This document shows, in pieces, positions 9,298 through 18,737 of a stretch of 64,000 nucleotides of DNA. This DNA is from a virus. Location of the stretch: positions 6,395 through 70,394 of the IMG/VR virus record IMGVR_UViG_3300028653_000016. One strand, 5' to 3'. The position numbers were made by a program, and so were the translations under genes. Below the pieces are notes generated by a model. It saw only the letters and a list, made by a program, of their open reading frames with translations. It made no database searches and had not been told where the DNA came from. Position 1 is the stretch's first letter. Every line of letters begins with the position of its first letter.

Positions 9298-10547
9298 TAT
9301 AAATTAACCGTTTCCTGATTACAAACTGGGCATGTACCATTTAATCTAAGCATTTCACTATACTGTTCCTTAGCCTCTTGATACTGCTGCTCAACTCGTC
9401 CCAACTCTTCGGTTTTACCTAATAGTTCCTTTTGATTCTTACCTATCCTAACTGATAAATCCTTAATCTTCTTTAAGTCAGACGCTTTCTCAGCCAATAC
9501 AGGTATAACAGAAATATCAACAGGTGTCAATAGATTATTTATCCTGCTTTGTGCAGAGTACATTCCCTGCCAAGCATTGTACTTGTCATTTAACATAATC
9601 AGTTTCTTTACTCTATTCACCTTTGGCTCTAATTGGCTAATTGAATCAAGGTCTATTTGGGTTAAAAGAACTTGTAGTTTAGTTTGATGCTCAAACGTAT
9701 ACTGATGATTTACAAATTTGCTATGAAATGTTCTAATTTTTCCAATCTTATCCACTCTTTGGGCTAATTGATCTATATTACTAAGGTCAATATTGACTAG
9801 AAGGGCCTCCTTTTCTGTTTCAGCTACCCAGTTAGCCCTTAAGATAGATACACGCTCAAATAGGCTCTGGATTCGCTGCAATCGGGCTTCCTGAACACTC
9901 AAAGAACTCAAACGAGCCTCTATATCACTTATCTGGCTACTGAAAGTCTCAATTGGAGCTAATTTATCAATTTGACTATTTAAATCAACTACTTCTAACT
10001 CTTTAGAACCCTTTTCCGCTGTAGTTTGTCTTTTATCTTTATTAAGTTCTCTTATTGCATGATCCAGGAAAGTTGCACCTGAAAGCTTACCCAAAATACG
10101 AGCACGAAGACTGGGAACTGAGCTTAACAGGAACAGGTTGTCATGCTGCAGGGCTACATTGAGGTTTAGGGACTCTGCAGCATCAATCTGTACCTCATGA
10201 ATCTTTAAGGCTTGCTGAATCGCTTCAGGTACACTTGTTCCAAATGATTCAAAGACCTGTGGTTCTTGATTAGGGAGTATAAGGGTATATTTATTAACCT
10301 TATCTCCCTTTTCACGCAACACAGTTATACCTGTACTAGTCTCAAGAGTTATCTTACAATACTTAGCCCCAAATCGAACCCAACTTTTATCCCACGGCGA
10401 ACCCATTAAGATGAACTGAAGGGCTCGACTGATCGACGATTTTCCAGCGTTACTTAATCCAACAATTACGTTCAAACCTTTGTCAAGATTAAATACAGAT
10501 TTCTCGTGTGATTGGAAATCTTCTAGAGTTAAAGTTTTAAGAAACAT
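9297..10547 (-). CDS. SbcC/Rad50-like ATPase, N-terminal half ending at the Zn hook
   Basis: LEDFQSH, Walker A GLSNAGKS, Q-loop, coiled coil, terminal CPVC. Confidence 0.85.
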   Translation of the reverse strand: MFLKTLTLEDFQSHEKSVFNLDKGLNVIVGLSNAGKSSISRALQFILMGSPWDKSWVRFGAKYCKITLETSTGITVLREKGDKVNKYTLILPNQEPQVFESFGTSVPEAIQQALKIHEVQIDAAESLNLNVALQHDNLFLLSSVPSLRARILGKLSGATFLDHAIRELNKDKRQTTAEKGSKELEVVDLNSQIDKLAPIETFSSQISDIEARLSSLSVQEARLQRIQSLFERVSILRANWVAETEKEALLVNIDLSNIDQLAQRVDKIGKIRTFHSKFVNHQYTFEHQTKLQVLLTQIDLDSISQLEPKVNRVKKLIMLNDKYNAWQGMYSAQSRINNLLTPVDISVIPVLAEKASDLKKIKDLSVRIGKNQKELLGKTEELGRVEQQYQEAKEQYSEMLRLNGTCPVCNQETVNL

Positions 10548-10891
10548 TACAGTAAAGGTAAATCCTTTGTAAACCTATCAATCAACTCTGAAGAAGCTGG
10601 CCCTACCCCAAGACAGGTATAGGTTGATTCTCCATGAAACTCTGTCCTACCTGCATCCCTTACTAAGTACATAGGTAAACTAGCTAAAGCAACTTTATTA
10701 TTTAACTCTATCAAAGCAGCCTCATCGTCAACATAGACACAGATTTTTGTACAACCTTCCTGTTCCCATTGTTTAATGTCTTTAGATGAGGCTTCTTTTA
10801 ATGCCCCAATAGCAGCATGAGCACCCTGGGCAATCAATTTGCCCTTACGTACTTTTAAGTCATGCCGCATCACAAGAACTTGCTTAATCAT
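10547..10891 (-). CDS. pth2: peptidyl-tRNA hydrolase Pth2
   Basis: KQVLVMR.DL...KGKLIAQGAHA...KI...VRDAGRTE...T.TCLGVGP. Confidence 0.92.
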   Translation of the reverse strand: MIKQVLVMRHDLKVRKGKLIAQGAHAAIGALKEASSKDIKQWEQEGCTKICVYVDDEAALIELNNKVALASLPMYLVRDAGRTEFHGESTYTCLGVGPASSELIDRFTKDLPLL

Positions 10892-11310
10892 TACTTTGAT
10901 TCTAGAACTTTTGCGAAAAATACGTCAACTGTCTCCTTATGGAGTCCAACTTTATCCAAAATCTTAACGAAGTCTGTAAGATCTGGCTTGATCAACTTAT
11001 AGTCTTTCGTTTTTTCATTTAGATCCACTCTATACAGCTCCCGATAAAGTGTCAAAAGTCTCTCTGCTGGCTTATCCAATTCCCAACCCTGCTTCCACAG
11101 CTCAATGACTATTTTCTTTTTGGTCAACATGCGGTAAAAGCCGTTAAGAATTTTCGTCTTCGCTCCATATGAACATTTCGGACTATCACGTAGCACAATC
11201 AGTAAGTCGTTCCTCTGAATGTGAATGAATCTATCGGGGAAGGACGACATAATTTTCGTTACCATCTCTTCAACGCTTGCTCCTGCTGGCTCGTACTTGG
11301 TCTTGGCCAT
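10891..11310 (-). CDS. phage metallopeptidase-like protein, degenerate active site
   Basis: Overall pattern (YEPA...IE..K..W......LY.EL...L.KPDL.DF..I...G) resembles the phage metallopeptidase family; HExxH reads RELYR. Confidence 0.45.
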   Translation of the reverse strand: MAKTKYEPAGASVEEMVTKIMSSFPDRFIHIQRNDLLIVLRDSPKCSYGAKTKILNGFYRMLTKKKIVIELWKQGWELDKPAERLLTLYRELYRVDLNEKTKDYKLIKPDLTDFVKILDKVGLHKETVDVFFAKVLESK

Positions 11311-11330
11311 TGTCTTATATCTCCTTTTAA

Positions 11331-12737
11331 TTAGTCAAAATCAGAACCACAAATGTCATCCAACCGATTACTAATTGGTGACGATGCCCCAGTTGGATTG
11401 AATCCTGTCACCTTATTAAAGTCTTTACCTTCTACAGCCTTCATTGCCTTCCTAAAATGCTCTTCAGTTACAATAAGCTTCTCATTCTTATCATAGGACT
11501 TTTCATCCAATGCAAAAATAATTGACATATTAACCAATTCACGAACTTGTGCACCTGTCTTCTTAGAGAACTCTTTTGCAATAGATTCTAAATAAGGAAG
11601 AGACTCATCCAATAGCCCGTTACTAAACGTCTTGATCATCTGTAAACGTTCTTCCATATCAGGCAATGGGAAGTCAATGCAAATATCAAAACGACCTGGA
11701 CGATCTAGTAATGCCTTCTCCAACACCTCTTTATTATTTGTAGTGGCAATTGTAATAATGTCTGTATTGTCCTGAACCCCATCTAGACCATTCATCAATT
11801 CACCAAGCAACGCTGGATTATGGTTGCCAGATCGATCTCCTGCATAAAGATCCAAATCCTCTAGCAGCATAATTGTTGGAGAAAGTGCTTTACACAGATC
11901 AATAATAGCTGCGACATTCTTTGCTCTATCCAAATGCTTAGGCGTGACCCAAACGATTGTCCAAGGGATCTGATTACAAAGAATTTTAAAAAGCTGCGTC
12001 TTGCCCGTACCTGGGCTACCACTTAGGACAATTCCGCGCTTAATAGAAAGTCCATTCTTCTTATAAATCTCTCTTGAGTCAATAAGGTTCGTAATATTTC
12101 GACGAATCTTATTTTTAATCTTCTCAGGCAAAATAAGATCCTTCCAATCGTAAATTTTGTCAAATTTAACGAATGAGCAATTAGGATCAATCTTCTTACC
12201 CTTAAGGAAATTATGATCTTCTCCATACTTAATCATTTCTTCAGAAAGTTTATGCACATCAGGATTTACATCCTTCTTACCACCAATCTTAAAAAGAAAT
12301 GCGTCAGGATAGCAACTTTCCAAATGAACAATGTACTTCTGTTCTTTATTAGAAACGAAATAATCCCCAAAGTCCAATCTGCTCTCTTTTACATCAGGAG
12401 AAATCTCAATGGAACTAAAGGAAGCTGCATAATCCCCATCTGAATCAACAACAGCTATTTTGTCAATATTCAATCCTTTACTCTTAAAGAAATCAGGAAG
12501 AACATAGCGTAACACAAGGGCCATTGCAATAGAACACTTGTATTCAGAATATACAATATCATCAATGGTAACTGCCCCTAAATATTCCGTGTATACCTTA
12601 TTCTTATAGTCATTATTCCAACGGGATTCCTTTAGAATCTGAATATAATCTTTCTGAGTACAATTGGTCATCAACTGTGGAGGAAGAGAATCGAATTGTG
12701 AACTAATATGTCTATGACGACGAGGTTGATTTGACAT
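11331..12737 (-). CDS. AAA+ ATPase (classical AAA clade)
   Basis: GSPGTGKT, LLEDLD, ATTN...ALLDRPGRFD. Confidence 0.9.
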   Translation of the reverse strand: MSNQPRRHRHISSQFDSLPPQLMTNCTQKDYIQILKESRWNNDYKNKVYTEYLGAVTIDDIVYSEYKCSIAMALVLRYVLPDFFKSKGLNIDKIAVVDSDGDYAASFSSIEISPDVKESRLDFGDYFVSNKEQKYIVHLESCYPDAFLFKIGGKKDVNPDVHKLSEEMIKYGEDHNFLKGKKIDPNCSFVKFDKIYDWKDLILPEKIKNKIRRNITNLIDSREIYKKNGLSIKRGIVLSGSPGTGKTQLFKILCNQIPWTIVWVTPKHLDRAKNVAAIIDLCKALSPTIMLLEDLDLYAGDRSGNHNPALLGELMNGLDGVQDNTDIITIATTNNKEVLEKALLDRPGRFDICIDFPLPDMEERLQMIKTFSNGLLDESLPYLESIAKEFSKKTGAQVRELVNMSIIFALDEKSYDKNEKLIVTEEHFRKAMKAVEGKDFNKVTGFNPTGASSPISNRLDDICGSDFD

Positions 12738-12749
12738 AGGGCTCCTTAA

Positions 12750-14057
12750 TTAGCAAAGCTCGTGATTAAAAGGCTTGATGATCTTCTGATATTTCTTTTC
12801 TTTATCTGCTTCAGCGACGAAAAGCCAACGACTATCTCCTACGACGAATTTAGAATTTGTTTCCCACATAACCTGCACAGGATTATTACTCATAACTCCC
12901 ACACCCTGAGCATAACTATCTGTCCCGATCATGCTGCCATTAATAATAATCTGAATTCCTGAGTTAGTCTGAAAGTGGCAAGCCTGATGTACATGTCCAA
13001 AAACGAAAAGTTGAAACGGCTTTCTATGGTGGTTACGTTCCTCTTCGTTGACTCGGTGCGCCTGAATTTCAATTCGTTCTGTGTTAATACTCTTTCCAGG
13101 ATTACCTGTGATAAATACTCCATCCGAGTGAGTCATATATACTCGATGCTTTTGAACGCGCAATTCTGCATAAGGACTCTTAGGAACAATCACTTCTACT
13201 TTCGGATCTTTAGAAAAGTACTTAGCCAAAGAATAGAATATAATATTCTCAAAGGAGTCATACTTCTGTGAAAGAGCACGACCTTTATCAGATTTATGCA
13301 TCATGCGACCATGATTACCTGGCTGGCAAACAATACGAATCTTGGGAAAGAAATTCTTCACATATTCGAATCCTTGAATAAAATAACTTAATGCTCCATT
13401 GACTTGATGTGTAATCAAATCATAATCTGGACCTTCTTGATTATGGATAATTCCACCAATCAAATCTCCTCCAAGAAGAAACACCACTTCTTCATGCAGA
13501 GCACGTTGCTCCATCTTATAGGTAGCCAACTGATCCATAATAAACCCAAAACGACGAGCTGCTACTTCCCAATTGAACTCATTCTTACCACCCAATTCAT
13601 CTTTATCAATAAATGTACCAAAGTGAACATCAGTAAGAGCTACACAAAGAGAACGGGGTGATCCATCATGCAAATCCTTTGTGGCAACACCCTTAATGTA
13701 CTCCATAGTTGTCTTTTCATCAAGAGTAACTGGTTCTACCTTAATGTTTTTAAGAGTTTTAACTAAAGAGTCAGTTAAATTATCTGCGAACAACTGCCAA
13801 CTCCCAAAACGCTTTTCGAGGCTAGTCAAATAACCTTGTCTTGCTTTTAATAGCTGAATCTCTTTTAGATCTTTTTCATAAGGAAAATATGTAGAAACAA
13901 TTGTCTGGAATCCTCCAACAGAACGCAATTGCCATGGGGAAATTCCTGACAGTTCGATAAATTTTGCTTTCGATAATTCTGATGGATGATTTAATCCAAG
14001 ATTGCTTGAAATCTTTTCTATTTTGTTAACAATATCAGTAACTAGTTTATTTGCCAT
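12750..14057 (-). CDS. calcineurin-like metallophosphoesterase
   Basis: TDVHFG, GGDLI, PGNHGR, THSD, FGHVH, NGS..G.D.Y. Confidence 0.85.
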   Translation of the reverse strand: MANKLVTDIVNKIEKISSNLGLNHPSELSKAKFIELSGISPWQLRSVGGFQTIVSTYFPYEKDLKEIQLLKARQGYLTSLEKRFGSWQLFADNLTDSLVKTLKNIKVEPVTLDEKTTMEYIKGVATKDLHDGSPRSLCVALTDVHFGTFIDKDELGGKNEFNWEVAARRFGFIMDQLATYKMEQRALHEEVVFLLGGDLIGGIIHNQEGPDYDLITHQVNGALSYFIQGFEYVKNFFPKIRIVCQPGNHGRMMHKSDKGRALSQKYDSFENIIFYSLAKYFSKDPKVEVIVPKSPYAELRVQKHRVYMTHSDGVFITGNPGKSINTERIEIQAHRVNEEERNHHRKPFQLFVFGHVHQACHFQTNSGIQIIINGSMIGTDSYAQGVGVMSNNPVQVMWETNSKFVVGDSRWLFVAEADKEKKYQKIIKPFNHELC

Positions 14058-14796
14058 TTAAATTCTCCTTATTGTTTCTATCTATATAATTAGCCAATCG
14101 TCTTAAAATTTCAGGACTATCTAATAATTTTCCAATAGCTGTATTACAATCTTCACACAATAAACCCCTTATTCTACCTGTCTTATGATCATGATCTACA
14201 GCAAAAGCTCTTTTAAATTCAGATTGATCTCGTAAGCAACCAATACATTTACCCTCTTGACTAAAAAATATCTCATTATAATCATCTAATGTAATACCAT
14301 ATTGCCTTTTAAGCCTATCATTACGTCTTTCATTTAAATGCAATGCAGCATATTTTTTCTGATAATCACTAACACATTTTTTGCAGTTACCTCTTTTTGT
14401 TCGACCAAAAATAAAAATATCGTGCCCATGAGGACAAAATTGTTTAAGTCTAGAATCTTTCGTAGGATCTATACGACGTAATTCCTCACACTTTATACAT
14501 TTATCATATTTAGTTCTTCCACACTCAAAAGTATCATGATTTCTTGGACAGAATTGTTTAATTGAAGAATTTTTAGTTGGATCTATACGCCGATCTAAGG
14601 AACATCCTAAACAATTACCTCCATTATCTCTACCGACTATTGCTATTTCATGACCATGGATACAAAATTCTTTTCTCTGAAATTTATGAAAACATATTGA
14701 TGAGCAATATTTAGTTTTTTCTACCCTTGCTTTTGGAACATAAAATTCTATTCCACAAATCTCACAATTTATAATTTTTCCATCTCTTTTATTCAT
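14047..14796 (-). CDS. Endonuclease VII-family nuclease with a TRASH-like finger and 3 tandem C-x2-GH...C-x2-C modules
   Basis: RQYGIT...C.GC...AVDHDH.TGRIRGLLC..CN.AIG; start 14796 has a GGAG RBS. Confidence 0.85.
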   Translation of the reverse strand: MNKRDGKIINCEICGIEFYVPKARVEKTKYCSSICFHKFQRKEFCIHGHEIAIVGRDNGGNCLGCSLDRRIDPTKNSSIKQFCPRNHDTFECGRTKYDKCIKCEELRRIDPTKDSRLKQFCPHGHDIFIFGRTKRGNCKKCVSDYQKKYAALHLNERRNDRLKRQYGITLDDYNEIFFSQEGKCIGCLRDQSEFKRAFAVDHDHKTGRIRGLLCEDCNTAIGKLLDSPEILRRLANYIDRNNKENLNGK

Positions 14797-14832
14797 ATAA
14801 TTCTCTCCTTGTATAAGTCCATCGTGTATTAT

Positions 14833-14866
14833 CATATATACACAATTTTATTATACTTTTACAAGG
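14833..14866 (-). promoter_or_regulatory. conserved motif CTTGTAAAAGTATAATAAAATTGTGTATAT, copy 2
   Basis: Matches copies 1, 3 and 4. Confidence 0.6.
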
Positions 14867-15017
14867 ATTTAGGGAAGTTATCTTTAACAAACTGTCTCCT
14901 TACTTTATAATAATCACTTTTACACTGTTTGCAATTACCTGATTTGGTACGGCCTACTTCAGCAATAATATGTCCTTTAGAACATGTTTCTCTAGGTTGA
15001 AAGCCTCTTTTACCCAT
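14859..15017 (-). CDS. mini single-Zn-module protein, copy 2 (52 aa)
   Basis: MGKRGFQPRETCSKGHIIAEVGRTKSGNCKQCKSDYYKVRRQFVKDNFPKSL. Confidence 0.8.
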   Translation of the reverse strand: MGKRGFQPRETCSKGHIIAEVGRTKSGNCKQCKSDYYKVRRQFVKDNFPKSL

Positions 15018-15023
15018 TGTTAT

Positions 15024-16028
15024 CTACCTCTTATTCTCCTGAATAGCCTTCCAAAGAGCCTCTTGAAGTTTTTCATCAGCCCTAAAAGCCTCAACAATTT
15101 TATCCTTACCCTTATAAGAAACTCCAGCATACTTATATGAAGGACCTGCTTGTTCAATGAATGAAAGGGTAAGGCCAAGATTAACTACTTCTTCCACTCG
15201 ATCTACTCCTGTTTCAAATCTAAGAGTAAATGTAGCCTTCTTACCTGGAGCAGCAACCTTATTCTTTACAACTGTTGCTTCTACTACATGACCGATTGGT
15301 TCTCCTTCAGCCCCTTTAATCTCTGATCCACTTACCTTCTTAACTGATAGACGCAAGGAACTATAAAACTTTAGGGCATTACCTCCAGGTGTCACCTCTT
15401 TAGGTCCATAAGGATTAAGACCATCTCTTACCTGATTAATAAAGAGAAGAATGGTATTTGTATCGCTCACCACTGGAACTAAACGTCTAAGAGCCTGACT
15501 TAGAAGCCTTGCCTGTGCTGCCATATTTTGCTGACCCAATTCGCCGTCTAGTTCACTCTGAGGTGTCAATCCTGCAACACTATCAACAACAATCATGCTC
15601 ACTTGCTTTGTATTGGCAAGTTCTTCCACAATCTGCAAAGCTTGTTCTCCAGATTTAGGCTGAGTTAAAATTAAATCATCTGTATTAACCCCAAGCTTAG
15701 CTGCCCATTCCAAGTCCAAACTATGCTCAACATCAATAAAGGCAGCTGTACCTCCAGCTTTCTGAGCTTCAGCAATAGAGAGAAGACTAAGTGTAGTTTT
15801 GCCTCCCGATGGTTTACCATAAATTTCTGCTATGGTCCCTTTAGGGAAACCACCACGGCCAAGAGCATGGTCAATTGAGTAAGATCCCGAACTAACAACC
15901 TCAACCTCTTTCATATCCATGTTCTTGATCTGAGAAACCACCGTCTCATGAACCTTTGAGATACGTTCAAGAGCCTTCTTTAAACTTTCCTTACCTTCAT
16001 TCTCTTCACTCATGTTATTTCTCCTCAC
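15024..16028 (-). CDS. recA: RecA recombinase
   Basis: EIYGKPSGGKTT, AFIDVEH, VVDSVA, FINQVR, TPGGNALKFYSS.RL, VVKNKVAAP. Confidence 0.97.
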   Translation of the reverse strand: MRRNNMSEENEGKESLKKALERISKVHETVVSQIKNMDMKEVEVVSSGSYSIDHALGRGGFPKGTIAEIYGKPSGGKTTLSLLSIAEAQKAGGTAAFIDVEHSLDLEWAAKLGVNTDDLILTQPKSGEQALQIVEELANTKQVSMIVVDSVAGLTPQSELDGELGQQNMAAQARLLSQALRRLVPVVSDTNTILLFINQVRDGLNPYGPKEVTPGGNALKFYSSLRLSVKKVSGSEIKGAEGEPIGHVVEATVVKNKVAAPGKKATFTLRFETGVDRVEEVVNLGLTLSFIEQAGPSYKYAGVSYKGKDKIVEAFRADEKLQEALWKAIQENKR

Positions 16029-16221
16029 TTATCTGTTTAATAACTTTTGCTGTAGAATATGTAATAGATACATCATGATAAACTTCATAGGTCTTACCAC
16101 ATTCCCCACATTCAAATTCTCCATCATCTATCTCAAACGAATCACGTTCTTCATGTCCACACCATGGGCATGTAATCAAGTCTGTATATGATGTATCGAA
16201 TACTTTCATGTTACCTCTCAT
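16015..16221 (-). CDS. small zinc-ribbon protein
   Basis: CPWCG...CGECGK. Confidence 0.65.
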   Translation of the reverse strand: MRGNMKVFDTSYTDLITCPWCGHEERDSFEIDDGEFECGECGKTYEVYHDVSITYSTAKVIKQISEEK

Positions 16222-16429
16222 GTGAATTGTAAACTCGATCCACTAGTTTAATATTCTTAAGCATATGATACTTTATTAAATCATCTACTTTATCATACCC
16301 TTCTCCACCGTAAACAGAGAAATAATGAATCACCATTTCTCCATTCAGCCAATCAGTTACTCCATGTTCCCAACCATCACGTTTTCCTACTTTAACATGA
16401 AGTCCAATTCTCAGATCTCGCTTACGCAT
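16211..16429 (-). CDS. hypothetical protein
   Basis: 72 aa, GGAG RBS. Confidence 0.6.
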   Translation of the reverse strand: MRKRDLRIGLHVKVGKRDGWEHGVTDWLNGEMVIHYFSVYGGEGYDKVDDLIKYHMLKNIKLVDRVYNSHER

Positions 16430-16437
16430 ATAACTCC

Positions 16438-17103
16438 TTAGAACGGAAAGCTACTTGTTCTCTTAGGTGCCACAGGTGCTGGTGCAACTGGTGCTACCAC
16501 TGGCTGAGTTGCAATAGGCTGGACTGGTGCTGCCAGAGGTTGCATAGGACTAAATGCAAGATTGACTCCAGGAGCATTTGCAATAATTGGTGCAGGGACC
16601 ACTGGAGCTACAATAGCTGCAGGTGCCATATGAACAACAGGAGCACTTGCCTGTACAGCTACCTTAATAGGACCTGCTGGAGGAAGCTGCGCCAAGAATC
16701 CCTGAAGAACCTGGGTATCAACATCGTTCATCGGGAGCAAATCCGTGACCCCTTGCTTTGTCCCACCTGATTCCTTTTCCCATGTCTTCAATAGAATCTT
16801 AACGTAAGCTCCAACTAGCATATCTGTATCAAACTTAGTCTCATCTGCAAGCTGCTCTCTACTATAGCCCAAAACAGCCCCCCATGCAGTAATACGAGCT
16901 TTAGGTGTTGGAACTGTGCCTGTTGTTCCCCATACCCAAACCTTTTTACCTAAAAACGGAGGTTGGCAAATTTCAAATGTCCAATTAAATGTAATATTCT
17001 CCTCACTCCATTTCTTCAGTTCAATTTTCTTAATCTGAGCATAGTACAAATTGTCAGGTACTTCTACCTTTTCTCTTGGTTGGTAACTTCCTAGTTTTGC
17101 CAT
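16438..17103 (-). CDS. putative ssDNA-binding (OB-fold, DUF669-like) protein with Pro/Ala/Val tail
   Basis: VPD..Y.A.I..IE...W.FEI...GKKV pattern; low-complexity tail ending FPF; close to recA. Confidence 0.55.
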   Translation of the reverse strand: MAKLGSYQPREKVEVPDNLYYAQIKKIELKKWSEENITFNWTFEICQPPFLGKKVWVWGTTGTVPTPKARITAWGAVLGYSREQLADETKFDTDMLVGAYVKILLKTWEKESGGTKQGVTDLLPMNDVDTQVLQGFLAQLPPAGPIKVAVQASAPVVHMAPAAIVAPVVPAPIIANAPGVNLAFSPMQPLAAPVQPIATQPVVAPVAPAPVAPKRTSSFPF

Positions 17104-17126
17104 ATCTTATCTCCTTTAATGTTTTA

Positions 17127-17642
17127 TTAAAAAGTCTTTAGCGTACCACGTTGCAAATTACTACCACTATTTCCTTGCAAATTTTGATCGAGCTGTACGA
17201 CTGTGATCTGCCTAGACAAATTACTATTAGCAGACTCCAAATTAGAATGCACGAGCTGGATGCACTTCATAAACCACTGACCCTTAATTAAAGAAATGTC
17301 CCTATGATGCAGGTCTAATACTTTTTCAGGCATCTTGATACGGGCAGCTACATTTCTAGCATCAGCTGATTTAGCAGCTAGACAGGACTGCTCTGTGACC
17401 ATAAGAAGCTCAAGTTGCCTATCATGTTCATTCTGACAAATTTCTTTAAGGATCTCCAACTCGGCAACATTCTTCATTGCTTCTAGCAGTAAGGAAGTGA
17501 CACGATCCTTGGCCAGTTGCATTTCGGTTAGCTTCAAATTCAAACTAGCGAGCCCTTTGGTCGTCGGATCAGGATCAAGGATCACTTGGATCTTCTTTAC
17601 TTCTTCCAATCGTTCTGCCATCTGTTCTTCTGATAGAGCCAT
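17127..17642 (-). CDS. helical protein, possible UvsY-like recombination mediator
   Basis: Coiled-coil character and position beside SSB/RecA only. Confidence 0.35.
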   Translation of the reverse strand: MALSEEQMAERLEEVKKIQVILDPDPTTKGLASLNLKLTEMQLAKDRVTSLLLEAMKNVAELEILKEICQNEHDRQLELLMVTEQSCLAAKSADARNVAARIKMPEKVLDLHHRDISLIKGQWFMKCIQLVHSNLESANSNLSRQITVVQLDQNLQGNSGSNLQRGTLKTF

Positions 17643-17659
17643 ATTATTCTCCTTAATTA

Positions 17660-17857
17660 TTACTCATATTCCTCAGAATATATTTTTTCCAATAAGATCT
17701 CATTATCAGGATTAGGAATAGCCCTATACTTCTTACAATGACAACCAATAGTAAAACATTCGTAGGCCATCTCATCGTGTGCAATTCTTCCATGCAAGCA
17801 TCTGCATAAATGGATAAAAACAGCAAATTCGCCCATATTATTCTCCTTGAACTCCAA
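17660..17857 (-). CDS. Cys/His microprotein, variant tail (DNEILLE)
   Basis: CRCLHGRIAH...C...CHCKKY...PDNEILLE. Confidence 0.7.
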   Translation of the reverse strand: MEFKENNMGEFAVFIHLCRCLHGRIAHDEMAYECFTIGCHCKKYRAIPNPDNEILLEKIYSEEYE

Positions 17858-18041
17858 ATACTTTCTCTTGATCTCGTTCTACCAACCACTTAACCTGGGC
17901 GAATAACTTATCACTGGCTGCAATTATTTCCTCAGCAGATGGTCCACTAGGAATCTCATCACCTTCTATCTCAGTAGTGAAGCATTTTAAACTTCCATCA
18001 GCCATCTTCACACTATCAGTAAATCGTTTAGAAATTTTCAT
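17838..18041 (-). CDS. hypothetical protein
   Basis: 67 aa, GGAGG RBS. Confidence 0.6.
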   Translation of the reverse strand: MKISKRFTDSVKMADGSLKCFTTEIEGDEIPSGPSAEEIIAASDKLFAQVKWLVERDQEKVFGVQGE

Positions 18042-18378
18042 TTTTCACCTCTGGAGGTGGTACTTGTTCCTCTACCTGTTGTTCTTGTTGAGCAAAATAT
18101 TCGGCTTCTTGCTGTTGTTGGTATAGATACTCTTCCTCTTGTCTATGTTCTTCTAAATGCCTCTCATGAGCTCGTCTTTCAGCAGCCTCTTCTTCTCTAC
18201 GTTCTTCTTGCCTTCTCTCTTCATCTCTTTCTGCTGCTCGTTGTCCTTCAAAATAAGCCTCATCCTGATCAGAGTGTCTATCTCTATTCCCATCTCTATG
18301 ATGATCCTCTCTATCACGATATCCCTGATCAAAATCTTCTCTCTCATCACCATAATAATGATTACTAAAAATGCTCAT
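18028..18378 (-). CDS. highly charged low-complexity protein
   Basis: D/E/R/Q-rich 116 aa ORF with ATGA overlap. Confidence 0.6.
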   Translation of the reverse strand: MSIFSNHYYGDEREDFDQGYRDREDHHRDGNRDRHSDQDEAYFEGQRAAERDEERRQEERREEEAAERRAHERHLEEHRQEEEYLYQQQQEAEYFAQQEQQVEEQVPPPEVKNENF

Positions 18379-18737
18379 CGAAGGGCCTCTAATAAAGGAT
18401 CAAGATAACTTCTAGGACATTTAACCTTTGCTTCTTTCAATAGCTGCTTCACTTGCTTCTTATTTAGATCCCTCTTCAATTGCTTAATAGCACGAGGCAA
18501 CGAAATATGAGTATCAGCAAAAAAGGCAACCCTATCTCCAATTCCGCAATGATGACTAGGAATCCAATCAAACACATAGGTATCAATTCGACCTGGAACA
18601 CAATAACGACTTATAGAAGCTCCAGCATCAGTTATCCAGATACGGAAAAAATCCATTCCCCATTTTGTTCTGCCAACTTGAATATTGTCAGAGAATAATA
18701 CTTTATCATCGTTATTATAATCCAGTGTTAGACTCAT
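18375..18737 (-). CDS. hypothetical protein
   Basis: 120 aa ORF with overlaps. Confidence 0.6.
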   Translation of the reverse strand: MSLTLDYNNDDKVLFSDNIQVGRTKWGMDFFRIWITDAGASISRYCVPGRIDTYVFDWIPSHHCGIGDRVAFFADTHISLPRAIKQLKRDLNKKQVKQLLKEAKVKCPRSYLDPLLEALR

